Shown piece after piece: positions 29,848 to 39,396 of a stretch of 64,000 nucleotides of DNA. A program made the position numbers and the translations under genes. Source of the stretch: a bacterium (GTDB lineage: Bacteria; Patescibacteriota; Microgenomatia; Daviesbacterales; UBA10151); NCBI GenBank assembly GCA_021786105.1, contig JAJYNW010000026.1:1-64000 (forward strand), in the 5' to 3' direction. The notes under the pieces were generated by a model. It saw nothing but the letters and a program-made list of their open reading frames with translations, had not been told where the DNA came from and did no database searches. Numbering within the stretch: the first letter of the stretch is position 1; the number at the start of each line of letters is the position of its first letter.

Positions 29848-30285
29848 ATGCCGATACAAATTAAACAACACGATTGTAAAACAGAACTGCGGGAAGCCGA
29901 TTTAAAAGCCACTCCGGCGCGTTTGGCTGCACTAAAAGTACTGGAAGCAAGCAATAAACCGCTTGATGTAGCTACTATCAGATTAGAACTAAAAAGAAGT
30001 GGTATTAATACTGATCCAGCCACGGTTTTTCGGATGATGAATTCTTTTTCTGACAAAGGAATTGTCCGGGGAGTTAACCTGCAGGAAAGCAAATTGCGGT
30101 ATGAACACGCTGCAAAGAAAGAGCATCATCACTTACTTTGCCAAAGCTGCAGCGCAATCGAAGATATTTCAGACTGCAACATTAACGCCCTGGAAAAAGG
30201 TATTGAAAAGAAAAAAGGCTTTCTGGTAAAAAGCCATGCTTTGGAATTTTATGGTTTATGCCAAAAATGTCAAAAAATAAATTAA
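29848..30285 (+). CDS. Fur-family regulator (Zur-like)
   Basis: 'ATVFR', 'HHHLLCQSC', 'YGLCQKC'. Confidence 0.92.
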   Translation: MPIQIKQHDCKTELREADLKATPARLAALKVLEASNKPLDVATIRLELKRSGINTDPATVFRMMNSFSDKGIVRGVNLQESKLRYEHAAKKEHHHLLCQSCSAIEDISDCNINALEKGIEKKKGFLVKSHALEFYGLCQKCQKIN

Positions 30286-30286
30286 T

Positions 30287-31012
30287 ATGGAACCAATTTT
30301 ATTATCTCTTCTTACCTTTATTTCCACTATCTTAGGGGGAGTTTTTGGAATAAGAAACCGGGATAGATTGCATTATGTAATGAGCTTTACCGCCGGCGTC
30401 CTTTTAGGAGTAAGTTTTTTTGATATTTTGCCGGAGAGCATTAGTATTATTACTGAGAATAAATTCGATGTTACTCCTTTTACAATCATGATAGTTTTGG
30501 GGTTTTTGATATTCCATGTTTTAGAAAAGTCAGTCGCTATCCACCACGCTCACGAAGAAGAATATGCTGATCATAAACATCCAACTGTCGGATTAGTCGG
30601 GGCATCCGGTTTATCGTTTCATAGTTTCTTGGACGGAATCGGAATTGGCTTAGGGTTTCAAGTTAGCACCCATGTGGGATTATTAATCTCGCTGGCGGTA
30701 ATTGCTCATGATTTTTCTGACGGTTTAAATACGGTAACCATTATGTTAACCCACAAAAATAAGGCTAGCAAAGTTTATAAAATGCTGCTTTTGGATGCCA
30801 TCACTCCCATTTTAGGAGTTTTGTCCACTTTTCTTTTTAAGATTCCTCAAAATATCCTAGTGATGTATTTGGGCTTTTTTATCGGATTCCTGTTATATAT
30901 TGGAGCCAGTGATCTACTGCCGGAAGCTCACAGTAAACACTCTTCTTGGAAGATGCTGGGACTAACTATACTGGGCGCAGCTTTTATCTTTACTGTTACC
31001 AGATTTACCTAA
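30287..31012 (+). CDS. ZIP-family zinc transporter
   Basis: 'HSFLDG', 'HDFSDG', 'DLLPEAH', His-rich loop. Confidence 0.92.
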   Translation: MEPILLSLLTFISTILGGVFGIRNRDRLHYVMSFTAGVLLGVSFFDILPESISIITENKFDVTPFTIMIVLGFLIFHVLEKSVAIHHAHEEEYADHKHPTVGLVGASGLSFHSFLDGIGIGLGFQVSTHVGLLISLAVIAHDFSDGLNTVTIMLTHKNKASKVYKMLLLDAITPILGVLSTFLFKIPQNILVMYLGFFIGFLLYIGASDLLPEAHSKHSSWKMLGLTILGAAFIFTVTRFT

Positions 31013-31276
31013 TTTGGGTAAATCCAGATTTCCAGCTATTAAAGCTTCTTTTTTGGCTTTGGTTAATTTTTTAAGCTGCCATTCTCTTTTTAAAGCTTCA
31101 GTCCTGGAAGGGTATCTTTCTAAATAAACAAGTTCAAATGAGGAAAAACACTTCATATACTTGGCTGATCTGCTAGTTTTGCTTTGATGCTCTTTTAATC
31201 TTTTCTCTAAATTATTGGTTTGGCCAATATAAAGAGTATTAGAAGAGGTTCTTAGGATGTAAACAAAATATACCAC
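30962..31276 (-). CDS. GIY-YIG nuclease (UPF0213-like)
   Basis: 'YFVYIL..LYIGQTNNLEKRLKEH..ALKREWQLK'. Confidence 0.9.
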   Translation of the reverse strand: MVYFVYILRTSSNTLYIGQTNNLEKRLKEHQSKTSRSAKYMKCFSSFELVYLERYPSRTEALKREWQLKKLTKAKKEALIAGNLDLPKLGKSGNSKDKSCAQYS

Positions 31277-31287
31277 GAGACTATGCC

Positions 31288-32145
31288 TTAAACCTTGTTA
31301 TCAGGTTCTGAATGAATGGTGATATCTGCCTCAGGAATTAAAGTTTTAATTCTCTTTTCAATTTCATCAGCAATATCATGCGCTCTGCTGATAGATAATT
31401 TCTTGCTGACAGTAATTGTAATATCAATAAAAATAGTAATGCCGGCCGGCCGGACCCGAATCCGCTTAATGGAAATTACGCCTTCAACCCGGTGAATAAT
31501 TCCTCTAATTTTCTCCGGCAAACCGGCCGGTACCGTATCAACTAACACATCTACTGTTCTTTTTCCTAAGGAATATCCGGCATGCAGCACAAATAGTGAA
31601 ACACCCAGTGCAGCAATCGCATCAGCTTTTGCCACCCCCAACAGCACAAATACCAACCCAACTAACACAGTCAGGGAACTTAAAATATCTGAACTGAAAT
31701 GAAGCGCATCTGCTTCTAAAGCCTGGCTTTTGGTGACCTTGGCCACTTTATTCAAAGCCCGGGAGCGGGAGTAATCAACTATAATGGAAAATATAATTAC
31801 GGCAAAAGCATACCAGGTTACTTCTATTTCTGCTTTACCTGCAGTTAGCCGCTTAATTGCTTCATAAATAATCCAAGCGCTGGTGAGAAAAAGCAACCCT
31901 GTTTCTACTAAAGCAGAAACGCTTTCCACCTTTTGGTGACCATAGTGATGCGTTTCATCAGCTTCTTTTTCTCCTACTCTGACGGCAAAAAAAGTCAGTA
32001 TCGCTGCTCCTAAATCCAAAAAGGAGTGGGCTGCTTCGGATAAGATTCCCACGCTGCCTGTTGCCAGTCCCACAATAAGCTTGAGCACGGTAAGAGCCAG
32101 GCTGGCAAAAACAGAACTTAAAGCAACTGATTGTTTCTTATTCAT
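31288..32145 (-). CDS. Cation diffusion facilitator (FieF-like)
   Basis: 'EAAHSFLD', 'HYGHQK', 'DALHFSSD'. Confidence 0.92.
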   Translation of the reverse strand: MNKKQSVALSSVFASLALTVLKLIVGLATGSVGILSEAAHSFLDLGAAILTFFAVRVGEKEADETHHYGHQKVESVSALVETGLLFLTSAWIIYEAIKRLTAGKAEIEVTWYAFAVIIFSIIVDYSRSRALNKVAKVTKSQALEADALHFSSDILSSLTVLVGLVFVLLGVAKADAIAALGVSLFVLHAGYSLGKRTVDVLVDTVPAGLPEKIRGIIHRVEGVISIKRIRVRPAGITIFIDITITVSKKLSISRAHDIADEIEKRIKTLIPEADITIHSEPDNKV

Positions 32146-32536
32146 GCAAACATAATATTAGCACGATTTGAGAATAAGGAGCGGTTTTCGTTCAAAGTTG
32201 CAGGACATGGATAAAGGCATGCTTGCATAGAGTAAGCTTAGATTCTAAGTTGAGCATTACGGACTAGAACCTTTAAATCACTATAGTTATTGTCTCACAT
32301 CAAGGCTAAATGAAATAAATGATACAGTATAAAGCAAATATTTAGTCATCTATTGTATCTTTACATGGGCGTTATTGTTTGGCATGATGATTAAAGAACA
32401 GAAAAAGCATGCTACATGTTACTGCCCAAAATATCTTGTCTAAAATCCAAAAGATCTTCAAAGGTTGGTTTTCTATCATTTACAAAAAATTAACCGGATA
32501 TGTGTCTATACTTAAATAGGAAGGGGGTGATAAACG

Positions 32537-32725
32537 ATGCAATATCTAGGTGTTTTAGCACTTGTTTTGTTGGTGGTAGGTGGACTTAATTGGGGTTTAG
32601 TAGGTTTACTAAACTTTAATTTAGTGACCACTTTGTTAGGCGAAGGAATGTTGGCAAACCTTGTATATATTTTGGTAGGGTTGTCAGCAGTATATGTGGC
32701 TGCAACTTCTTTAATGAAGAAGTAG
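32537..32725 (+). CDS. DUF378 protein
   Basis: 'GGLNWGLVG..FNLV..VYILVGLSA'. Confidence 0.9.
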   Translation: MQYLGVLALVLLVVGGLNWGLVGLLNFNLVTTLLGEGMLANLVYILVGLSAVYVAATSLMKK

Positions 32726-32852
32726 GAAATTATTGTGGAGCAAGAGTTTGCTCATTTGTTCAGTGATACAAGCGTTTTACATGTTTGTATCTCTTTTAGA
32801 AATAATTAGGGAAAAACAGTTATTGCAAATGACACAATGCGAACTGTTCATT

Positions 32853-33353
32853 TTATCTATTTAAAATCCAGATACTGTAGTTTAAGATGGTGGCGAAGCT
32901 TACCCAGGCTAGGTATGGAATCAGCAGAATCGACGCTCTTTTATCTAAATTCCAAAACTTACCAATCAAAATCACTATAAACACCCAAATAATCAGAATA
33001 TTTATTAAAGCCAAAAAGATATTGTGTAAGCCAAAAAAAACGATTGACCAGGTGGCATTAAAAAATAGATGGATTAAAAAAATCATTAAGGACAGCTTTA
33101 TAAGCTTTGCTTTTTTACTGTATTTATTATCTTTTAGCTTAATCCAAATTAAGTAAAAGGAGATGCCCATGAGGGTATAAAGCGTTGCCCAAGCAGGACC
33201 AAAAAGCCAATTAGGAGGTCTGAAGGCAGGTTGGTTTAGTAAGTTATACCAGTTTGGGATAGAAGAAAAAGTAAAAAAAGAACCTATTAATCCTGCAGAC
33301 TGGCAAAGAGCAATAGAAATAACCAGTTTAAAGATACTTTTAGGCAGTTTCAT
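32853..33353 (-). CDS. TspO/MBR tryptophan-rich sensory protein
   Basis: 'WY..L..P.FRPPNWLFGPAW', 'PYLAWVSFATILN'. Confidence 0.93.
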   Translation of the reverse strand: MKLPKSIFKLVISIALCQSAGLIGSFFTFSSIPNWYNLLNQPAFRPPNWLFGPAWATLYTLMGISFYLIWIKLKDNKYSKKAKLIKLSLMIFLIHLFFNATWSIVFFGLHNIFLALINILIIWVFIVILIGKFWNLDKRASILLIPYLAWVSFATILNYSIWILNR

Positions 33354-33674
33354 TCTAAATACATCATGGCAGATTTAATATTAGTTGTAAACATCAGGGA
33401 AAATCCCAACCTTTTTGTTCAGACTAGTTTTTCAAATAAGTTGATATAGTGTGATACACTCTGGAATATACTCTATAAACCAAAACTTAAGGTGATACTC
33501 CCTCCAGCTTTTGCTCCTTTAAAATCTATATTGGCCATAATTCCTTCCCGCTTTAAGTCTATATATCGAAATTCAGCAATATTTGGCGTTGGATTAATTA
33601 TTGTTTGATCCGCTAGCACCTGTGTTAAGGCAATCATAAAATCAATCCATTTGTTATCACTTTTGCAAAAACTG

Positions 33675-33914
33675 TTAGGCAAACCATACTTTTCTAAATG
33701 ATTCCTGATAACCATTTTGCCAGGGAGAAGCTTTATCTGAGACTGATATTTTTACTCCCAAGCTTTCCAGATAATCAGTACAGACCTTAGCCATAAATTC
33801 AGTGCCTTGATCAGAATGGAAGATTAATGGTAATTGCTTAGTGTTTAAATGGCTTCTGGATGGTTTTAAAAACCAACTGACTATCATGTTTGATCCCCAC
33901 ATTGAAAGATGCAA
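33675..33914 (-). pseudogene. IS3-family integrase-core fragment
   Basis: 'IFHSDQGTEF..SDKASPWQNGYQESF'; truncated at both ends, fused to another gene fragment (33473-33715). Confidence 0.8.
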
Positions 33915-33940
33915 CCTGTGTCTGGTAAAAATATCCTCAA

Positions 33941-34015
33941 TGGTTGCCGGACTAGGATTCGAACCTAGAATTCACTGCTCCAAAGGCAGTTGTCCTACCG
34001 TTAGACGATCCGGCA
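33941..34015 (-). tRNA. tRNA-Gln(TTG)
   Basis: TGCCGGA..TCCGGCA-A-CCA; anticodon arm ACTGC-CT-TTG-GA-GCAGT. Confidence 0.95.
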
Positions 34016-34150
34016 ATCTTGGCCTATTATACCTTAAATATCACACTACGATCCATACCTACACCAAGCGCATAGAGGTATTGACTCTTATAAAAATTTA
34101 TGCCAACAATGAATATGGATACAAAATAATTCCAAAAGGAGGTGATTAAG

Positions 34151-34348
34151 TTGGATACAAAAAAATTGGTGGCTTGGATTTTGGTTCTTGGTGCGGTGAA
34201 TTGGGGATTGGTAGGATTTTTGAATCTTAACGTAGTTGAAGCAGTTTTAGGAGCAGGTTCAATACTCACTAAACTTGTTTATATAGTAGTAGGTTTGGCA
34301 GGCGTATATAAGCTTTACATCTTAGCTGGTGGAAAAGCTAAAAAATAA
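34151..34348 (+). CDS. DUF378 protein (second copy)
   Basis: 'GAVNWGLVG..VYIVVGLAG'; SD GGAGGTGA before TTG. Confidence 0.88.
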   Translation: MDTKKLVAWILVLGAVNWGLVGFLNLNVVEAVLGAGSILTKLVYIVVGLAGVYKLYILAGGKAKK

Positions 34349-34443
34349 ACCATAGGACTATTCTTCAAAGAAGAACAGTCTTTCGTAGAAAGTATATTTT
34401 CCTTCGGAAAAGAATTTCCTCTAGGAATTGGTAATTATTTTAT

Positions 34444-34473
34444 AAAATCCGGCCCTCTTCGGCCGGATTTTTT
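34444..34473. terminator. Bidirectional intrinsic terminator next to the element's left junction
   Basis: AAAATCCGGCC-ctcttc-GGCCGGATTTT. Confidence 0.85.
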
Positions 34474-34489
34474 TGGAGCTCCTGACGAG
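34474..34489 (-). other. Putative attachment site (tRNA 3'-end fragment)
   Basis: Minus strand CTCGT-CAGGAGC-T-CCA directly followed by a terminator. Confidence 0.55.
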
Positions 34490-34700
34490 GTCTTAGCCAG
34501 ACTGCCAGGATTCATTCAAGAATTTAACTCAAATCCTATTTTACCAGATTTTTTGTATGAATTACAGCCAGAATTAGCCTCAAAAATGCCCCAGACCGTA
34601 AAATAGACTAGTCGCTCCTATTATTTACTCCCTTTATTTAGTCCTAAAACACTGGTTTTTTCTGTATAATAATGAGCAATAACAATTTTTAACTATTTTT

Positions 34701-34907
34701 ATGCAGGGAGAAAAAAGGTCATCAAATCTTCTCAATATTAACCAAGTTGCAAAAATACTAGGAGTTATGCCCCCAACTCTCAGACGCTGGGATAAAAGTG
34801 GAAAACTAAAGGCTATCCGTGTAGGTAATAAAAAAGGAGTTGGAGAAAGAAGATACCGCAGAGAAGATATTATTAACATCATGGTTAGCGAATATAATAA
34901 AAAGTAA
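34701..34907 (+). CDS. MerR-like HTH, putative excisionase/RDF
   Basis: 'LLNINQVAKILGV..TLRRWDKSGKL..R..G.RRY'. Confidence 0.8.
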   Translation: MQGEKRSSNLLNINQVAKILGVMPPTLRRWDKSGKLKAIRVGNKKGVGERRYRREDIINIMVSEYNKK

Positions 34908-35144
34908 TTATTCGTTCCATTCAACACCTCTAATCCCTAATTTTTTAAATAATTTTTTAAGTCGTCGCACTTCCTTCGTATTTTTTAAGATTTTAATGCT
35001 CTTAAAATCGCTTCCTATTTCAATAAAACCCTTACCCCAGCAATATTGTTTGAGTTTGTTAATTTCTGTTAACGCCTCAACTTTAGCCTTTCTCTCCTCT
35101 GGCGTCATTGAGTCCCAGATAGCCCTAAATCCTGAAATGTCCAT
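34908..35144 (-). CDS. Hypothetical protein
   Basis: 78-aa ORF at end of the minus-strand operon. Confidence 0.55.
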   Translation of the reverse strand: MDISGFRAIWDSMTPEERKAKVEALTEINKLKQYCWGKGFIEIGSDFKSIKILKNTKEVRRLKKLFKKLGIRGVEWNE

Positions 35145-35149
35145 AAGTC

Positions 35150-35770
35150 TTACTCCTTAGATAAAACAAAAAATCTCCCAGACCATTTCATTTGTCTTGA
35201 CTGCTGATGGTTATTAGCAAAGTCTTCCTTGGGAAAGTCGCGCTTTAAGTCCAGTCGGTGAAATAAACTCTCCCACCACCAGCGCGGCTTCATGGTTATA
35301 TGTGAGGGGTCGCCTTTACCGCCCCTTGATTCGATATGGTCTGATCCGGCAGTGCAGATAAGTAAGAATACAAAGCGTTTGACCACTCGGTGCAGTTCTT
35401 TAACTGCTTTGAATAAATCATCCTCCTGTATATGTTCTAAAAGTTCAGTGCCAATTACTAAGTCAAAACTATTGTCCTTAAATCTTGAAAGATCGCGGAC
35501 ATCACCCTCTATAATTTCTTGCGTTACAGCGCGGCTCACCGCGTAAGGGGAATACTCAACACCGGTTGCAGGTATTCCTAAATCTTGAAATCTTTTAACT
35601 ACAAACCCATAAGCGCACCCCACATCTAAAACGCTCTCCGGCTTAAATAACTGATTAGTCCAAGTTGCAAAAGTATTTAAGAGTCCATCGGCTCTAGCGT
35701 ATGAATCATAAGCAATCTGGTTTTTACCTTCAAAATAATCTTTATTGTAAAAATCCTTAGTTGGTTGCAT
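35150..35770 (-). CDS. Class I SAM-dependent methyltransferase
   Basis: 'VLDVGCAYG', 'FDLV..ELLEHI'. Confidence 0.9.
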   Translation of the reverse strand: MQPTKDFYNKDYFEGKNQIAYDSYARADGLLNTFATWTNQLFKPESVLDVGCAYGFVVKRFQDLGIPATGVEYSPYAVSRAVTQEIIEGDVRDLSRFKDNSFDLVIGTELLEHIQEDDLFKAVKELHRVVKRFVFLLICTAGSDHIESRGGKGDPSHITMKPRWWWESLFHRLDLKRDFPKEDFANNHQQSRQMKWSGRFFVLSKE

Positions 35771-37391
35771 AAATAGCTTTTAATCGTTCAATAATTGGAA
35801 CAGCGCAGGAATCCCAAGAAAACTTTTGTCTGATAAGTTCAGAAGTTTTTAGTGCTTTCTTTTTCTCCTCTTTGTAGTTTTCAAAAACAAAGCGCATTTT
35901 CGCCTGTAAATCATCAAGTTTTGGCATTGCCCACTTGTTACCCTCTAAATAGATATAAGAGGTTTTGGCTTCACCTTCTTCCCAATCAACAAAATGGACT
36001 CCGGGGAAAGGCTTGTCGTTCTCATCTCTTAAAGTTTCGTTTGGCGCGCCATATCCTGTGGTTATCACTGGAAGCCCGCAAGCAAGGGCTTCAAAGATAG
36101 GTAATCCCCACCCCTCCCCATGAGTAGGTAAAACAAAGCAATTTCCGGCAGTATAAAAACAGCCTAATTGTTCAGTTGGTAAAATATCCTCTCTAACATA
36201 AACTCTGGCACCTGCACTTCTCGCCTTAATCGCTTCAACTTCTTTTTTCACCGGATGAGATAAAGCCGAAGACATGGTCTTGACAACCAAACAGACGTCC
36301 TCATCTCTTGAAAATTCTTGAGTAAAAGCAATTATTAAATCCCGTAAATTTTTGCGAGGTTCCCAAGTGGCGTTGGTAATAAACTTAAATTTTTCCTTTG
36401 CATCTGTTTTTATCGGCGCCATGTTTGGATGAAAGTAGTTTGAATCAATACCTTGCGGAATTACATAAATTGGAACTTTAACGCCCGCTTTTTCAAATTT
36501 TTCTTTGTCCCACTTTGTAGGCACCCAAAGTTCATCCATCATGTTGCAATAAGCAATCCAAGACGAAGGAGCGATAGTACCCTCAAATTCACAATGGCCG
36601 ATTTTATATTTTCCGGAGTTTTTGAAAAATAAGGGGGCTTGCGCCCAGACAATCTGTGGTAAATCCATAGATGGGGAAAGTTCTCTTGTATCGTTGACAA
36701 GTCCGTCATCAGAAAGCGGTTCTGCTTCTGGTATGCCAAAAAGGTTTGAGTAATGGACTTTTACTTTCGATCGAAGAAGCGCTGAAATATAATTTTTAGC
36801 GGCAATAGCAAACCCTGTAGGCGCTTCAACGCCAGTATGATACATAATTGGATACTTATATTGTTCGAGGTATTTTTTACCCCACATTTCCTTAAAGAAG
36901 TTGTGGTTAAGGGTAAACTGCCGGACGAATTCCTCTTTGCTCTTTAGGGCGTATCCCTTACCGCGATACTGAACAATAAGTTTATCAGTTGCATAAACCT
37001 TAAAGCCTAATTCTTGCGCTTTTAGGCAATACTCGGCATCTTTGAAAATACAATCTCCGGCACATTCAATGATCGGAATTTTTTTTATTAGTTCTTTTTT
37101 GACAAGACATAAAAGCAAAGGTACCATTTCAACTTCTCTTGTGCCCGGATACTGTCCGTAATACTCCTCGTTAAGGGCATAGGAAACAGGCATCATTAAA
37201 TTAGGAGCAATAAAACCGCCATGAAAATAGATTTTATTTTGGTGGTTGAGGATGAGTGCAGATAAAATCCCGCAGTCTTTTAATTTCTGGGACTCTTGAA
37301 AGAGAGTGTCAATCCAGCCGGCTAAATGGCCGACAATATCCCAAGAGGCGATAATTGTATCGCCACTTTCTAATTTTACCAACTTAAACAT
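35757..37391 (-). CDS. Glycosyltransferase (GT2-like remnant plus GT4 domain)
   Basis: 'FVLPTHGEGWGLPIFEALACGLPVITT', 'WEPRKN'. Confidence 0.9.
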   Translation of the reverse strand: MFKLVKLESGDTIIASWDIVGHLAGWIDTLFQESQKLKDCGILSALILNHQNKIYFHGGFIAPNLMMPVSYALNEEYYGQYPGTREVEMVPLLLCLVKKELIKKIPIIECAGDCIFKDAEYCLKAQELGFKVYATDKLIVQYRGKGYALKSKEEFVRQFTLNHNFFKEMWGKKYLEQYKYPIMYHTGVEAPTGFAIAAKNYISALLRSKVKVHYSNLFGIPEAEPLSDDGLVNDTRELSPSMDLPQIVWAQAPLFFKNSGKYKIGHCEFEGTIAPSSWIAYCNMMDELWVPTKWDKEKFEKAGVKVPIYVIPQGIDSNYFHPNMAPIKTDAKEKFKFITNATWEPRKNLRDLIIAFTQEFSRDEDVCLVVKTMSSALSHPVKKEVEAIKARSAGARVYVREDILPTEQLGCFYTAGNCFVLPTHGEGWGLPIFEALACGLPVITTGYGAPNETLRDENDKPFPGVHFVDWEEGEAKTSYIYLEGNKWAMPKLDDLQAKMRFVFENYKEEKKKALKTSELIRQKFSWDSCAVPIIERLKAIYATN

Positions 37392-37443
37392 AGGCGCTTC
37401 GCGCCAAGCACTGCATAAAGACAGGCCAATCTAAAAAGTTAGA

Positions 37444-37785
37444 TTATTTAGGCGCAGGAATACCGACGAAGACGAAATCTTGAGTTACTTCATCATAGTT
37501 ATCCTGAATGAAGTACCGCATATAGCGGTTAAACCCGGACTCGTTCAAACCGGCAGCATAAGTATTCCACGAAGTCTTATCGCCTGCGGAAACCGTGCCG
37601 TCTCGCCAGTATTGCACACCGTATGTAAGAGACGTTCTTACTCCCTGTTGAGCTGCGCTCTTAGGATTGTACGGAATAACTCTTAACCTTGCGTAGTTAA
37701 GACCTTTCCAAGCAGAATAAACGATAGTTTTCGCTAACGTTTGTCTTGCGTCCAAAGAGAACAATGGACCTGTCAGTCTTGGCAT
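37444..37785 (-). CDS. Small basic protein, candidate major capsid/nucleoprotein
   Basis: 113 aa 'GPLFSLDA..VYSAWKG..PYNPKS..QQ..R..W..W..A..SGFN'; very strong SD AAAGGAGGTGA; paralogs elsewhere in the element; function is inference. Confidence 0.5.
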   Translation of the reverse strand: MPRLTGPLFSLDARQTLAKTIVYSAWKGLNYARLRVIPYNPKSAAQQGVRTSLTYGVQYWRDGTVSAGDKTSWNTYAAGLNESGFNRYMRYFIQDNYDEVTQDFVFVGIPAPK

Positions 37786-37936
37786 ACTTTTTTGTCACCT
37801 CCTTTCATAAGATTTGTTAGCCACTAAAAAACGCCGCATACCTGCACAACTTTTTAGAGCGTGCATTAACGGCGTTAGCTAACTATAGTGAAATTACCAG
37901 ATATTTAAGTTACCTGCAAGTAAGTTTCTGTTAATT

Positions 37937-38024
37937 AAAAGAAAAAGACCCCATTGCTGAGGTCTTATCCCAAGAGATTCTATTGCTAGAATTCCTCTAA
38001 CCCTACAGCTTGCGCCATAGAGCT
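37937..38024 (-). ncRNA. Candidate small RNA with three GCAA-capped hairpins
   Basis: Own promoter TTGACA(38059-54)-17-TATATT; three stems, two with G-U pairs, the last followed by a U-tract. Confidence 0.65.
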
Positions 38025-38081
38025 ATTTTTAATATATGCTAATTTTATTTGCTTGTCAATGTCTGACGACAACCGCCAATT

Positions 38082-38756
38082 TTATACTAAATCCTTTTTC
38101 TTTTCTTCAAATTCTTTTTTATCAATTTCACCCTTAGCGTATCGTTCCTTAAGAATTTCCAATGGGGTTTTACTTTTATCTATATTACTATGTCCAGTTC
38201 CACCTAGGTAGCGGATTAAAGCCACTACTCCTAAAATAATAAGAACCCAAAAGATAATCATAAATATCCAACCTATGATTCCGAAACCTCCCCAGCCGTT
38301 CATTATACCACCCCAACCACCATAACCCATCATAGGATTACCACCTCCTCCCATCATCCACATCATCGGCATGATACCTATTCCAGAAGTAGAGGTATCA
38401 CACCCGCTTAACCGTTTCCCCATAGCAATATGCATCTGCGACTCACCGTTTTCTCCCATCATAGATTTCATCATATTGTTCATTGCTATATGTCTTGAAG
38501 TATCTCCAATTGCCTGACCCATAAAATACTCGCCGGCTTTTTCAAAATTATCATCTGTTAATTTTTCGCATGTAGTTGTTTTATTCTTTAGCTGATCCAA
38601 TAGTTTTTTACCTTCTTGTTCTTCCGCTTGTTGTTGCTGTATGGCGGTTTGATCAACAGGGGAACTGGATGAACCCATCATTTGTGCATTTACATGTTGT
38701 GCGGTAAGCGTAAAAACAAGGACACCAAGAATGGTGGCAAAGATATATTTTTTCAT
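38082..38756 (-). CDS. Met/Gly-rich SHOCT-domain membrane protein (cargo)
   Basis: 'LEILKERYAKGEIDKKEFEE'; Met-rich. Confidence 0.85.
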   Translation of the reverse strand: MKKYIFATILGVLVFTLTAQHVNAQMMGSSSSPVDQTAIQQQQAEEQEGKKLLDQLKNKTTTCEKLTDDNFEKAGEYFMGQAIGDTSRHIAMNNMMKSMMGENGESQMHIAMGKRLSGCDTSTSGIGIMPMMWMMGGGGNPMMGYGGWGGIMNGWGGFGIIGWIFMIIFWVLIILGVVALIRYLGGTGHSNIDKSKTPLEILKERYAKGEIDKKEFEEKKKDLV

Positions 38757-38759
38757 AGA

Positions 38760-39143
38760 TTATTTACTTTTATCAATAATTCCCCTGATAGCCTCGTCAA
38801 CATCTTTTGGCAAGTCGCCAAGGTTTGCTTGTGGAAAAAACTGAGAAAGAATAATCGGGCGCATGCCTGAAATATATGTCTTTCCGTTCTTTTGATACAC
38901 GTTTATTTTGCAGGGCAACATGAGTCCAATCTTTATATCTGCCTGAAGGACGGTATAAGCGCTTTTGGCATTACAAATCTCAATAATCTTAAATGGCTTA
39001 ATAATAAAGCCTTTCTCTGCCAAAGTCTTCATCACATCATGAACATAAAGCACCCGAAATCCTGCCTTTTTGGTTTCTTCCGCAATCGACTTTACTGCGT
39101 CCTCGAATGATTTTTTAGTCGTAACTGTATAATCAAAATCCAT
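38760..39143 (-). CDS. DUF302 protein (cargo)
   Basis: 'IEICNAK..IGLMLPCKINVY'. Confidence 0.88.
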   Translation of the reverse strand: MDFDYTVTTKKSFEDAVKSIAEETKKAGFRVLYVHDVMKTLAEKGFIIKPFKIIEICNAKSAYTVLQADIKIGLMLPCKINVYQKNGKTYISGMRPIILSQFFPQANLGDLPKDVDEAIRGIIDKSK

Positions 39144-39213
39144 ATAGTTATCACCTCCCATCTTAAATGGTGAAACAAATTATTCCCTTAAGAAATACTT
39201 AAGGGAGAAGGGG

Positions 39214-39396
39214 CTACTTTACCTCCCCCAATTCTTTTTCTGCCTCTTGAACGGCTTTCATCTCCTTTTCTAATTCTTCCTTATATCCTTGAAGGGATTT
39301 TTTTTGCTCTTCTTTTGAAAGGAATCGCGATCCGCCCCAACAAGAACAGTTGCACCCGTACATTCTATTTTTTATCATCATAGGCATATCCATCAT
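39214..39396 (-). CDS. Small Cys-containing coiled-coil protein (cargo)
   Basis: 'RFLSKEE..L..YKEELEKE'; SD GAGGAGGTGA. Confidence 0.7.
   Translation of the reverse strand: MMDMPMMIKNRMYGCNCSCWGGSRFLSKEEQKKSLQGYKEELEKEMKAVQEAEKELGEVK

Noticed and set aside
32260-32272. CGGACTAGAACC as a duplicated tRNA-Gln att site
   Set aside because: The match is too short and imperfect to support.
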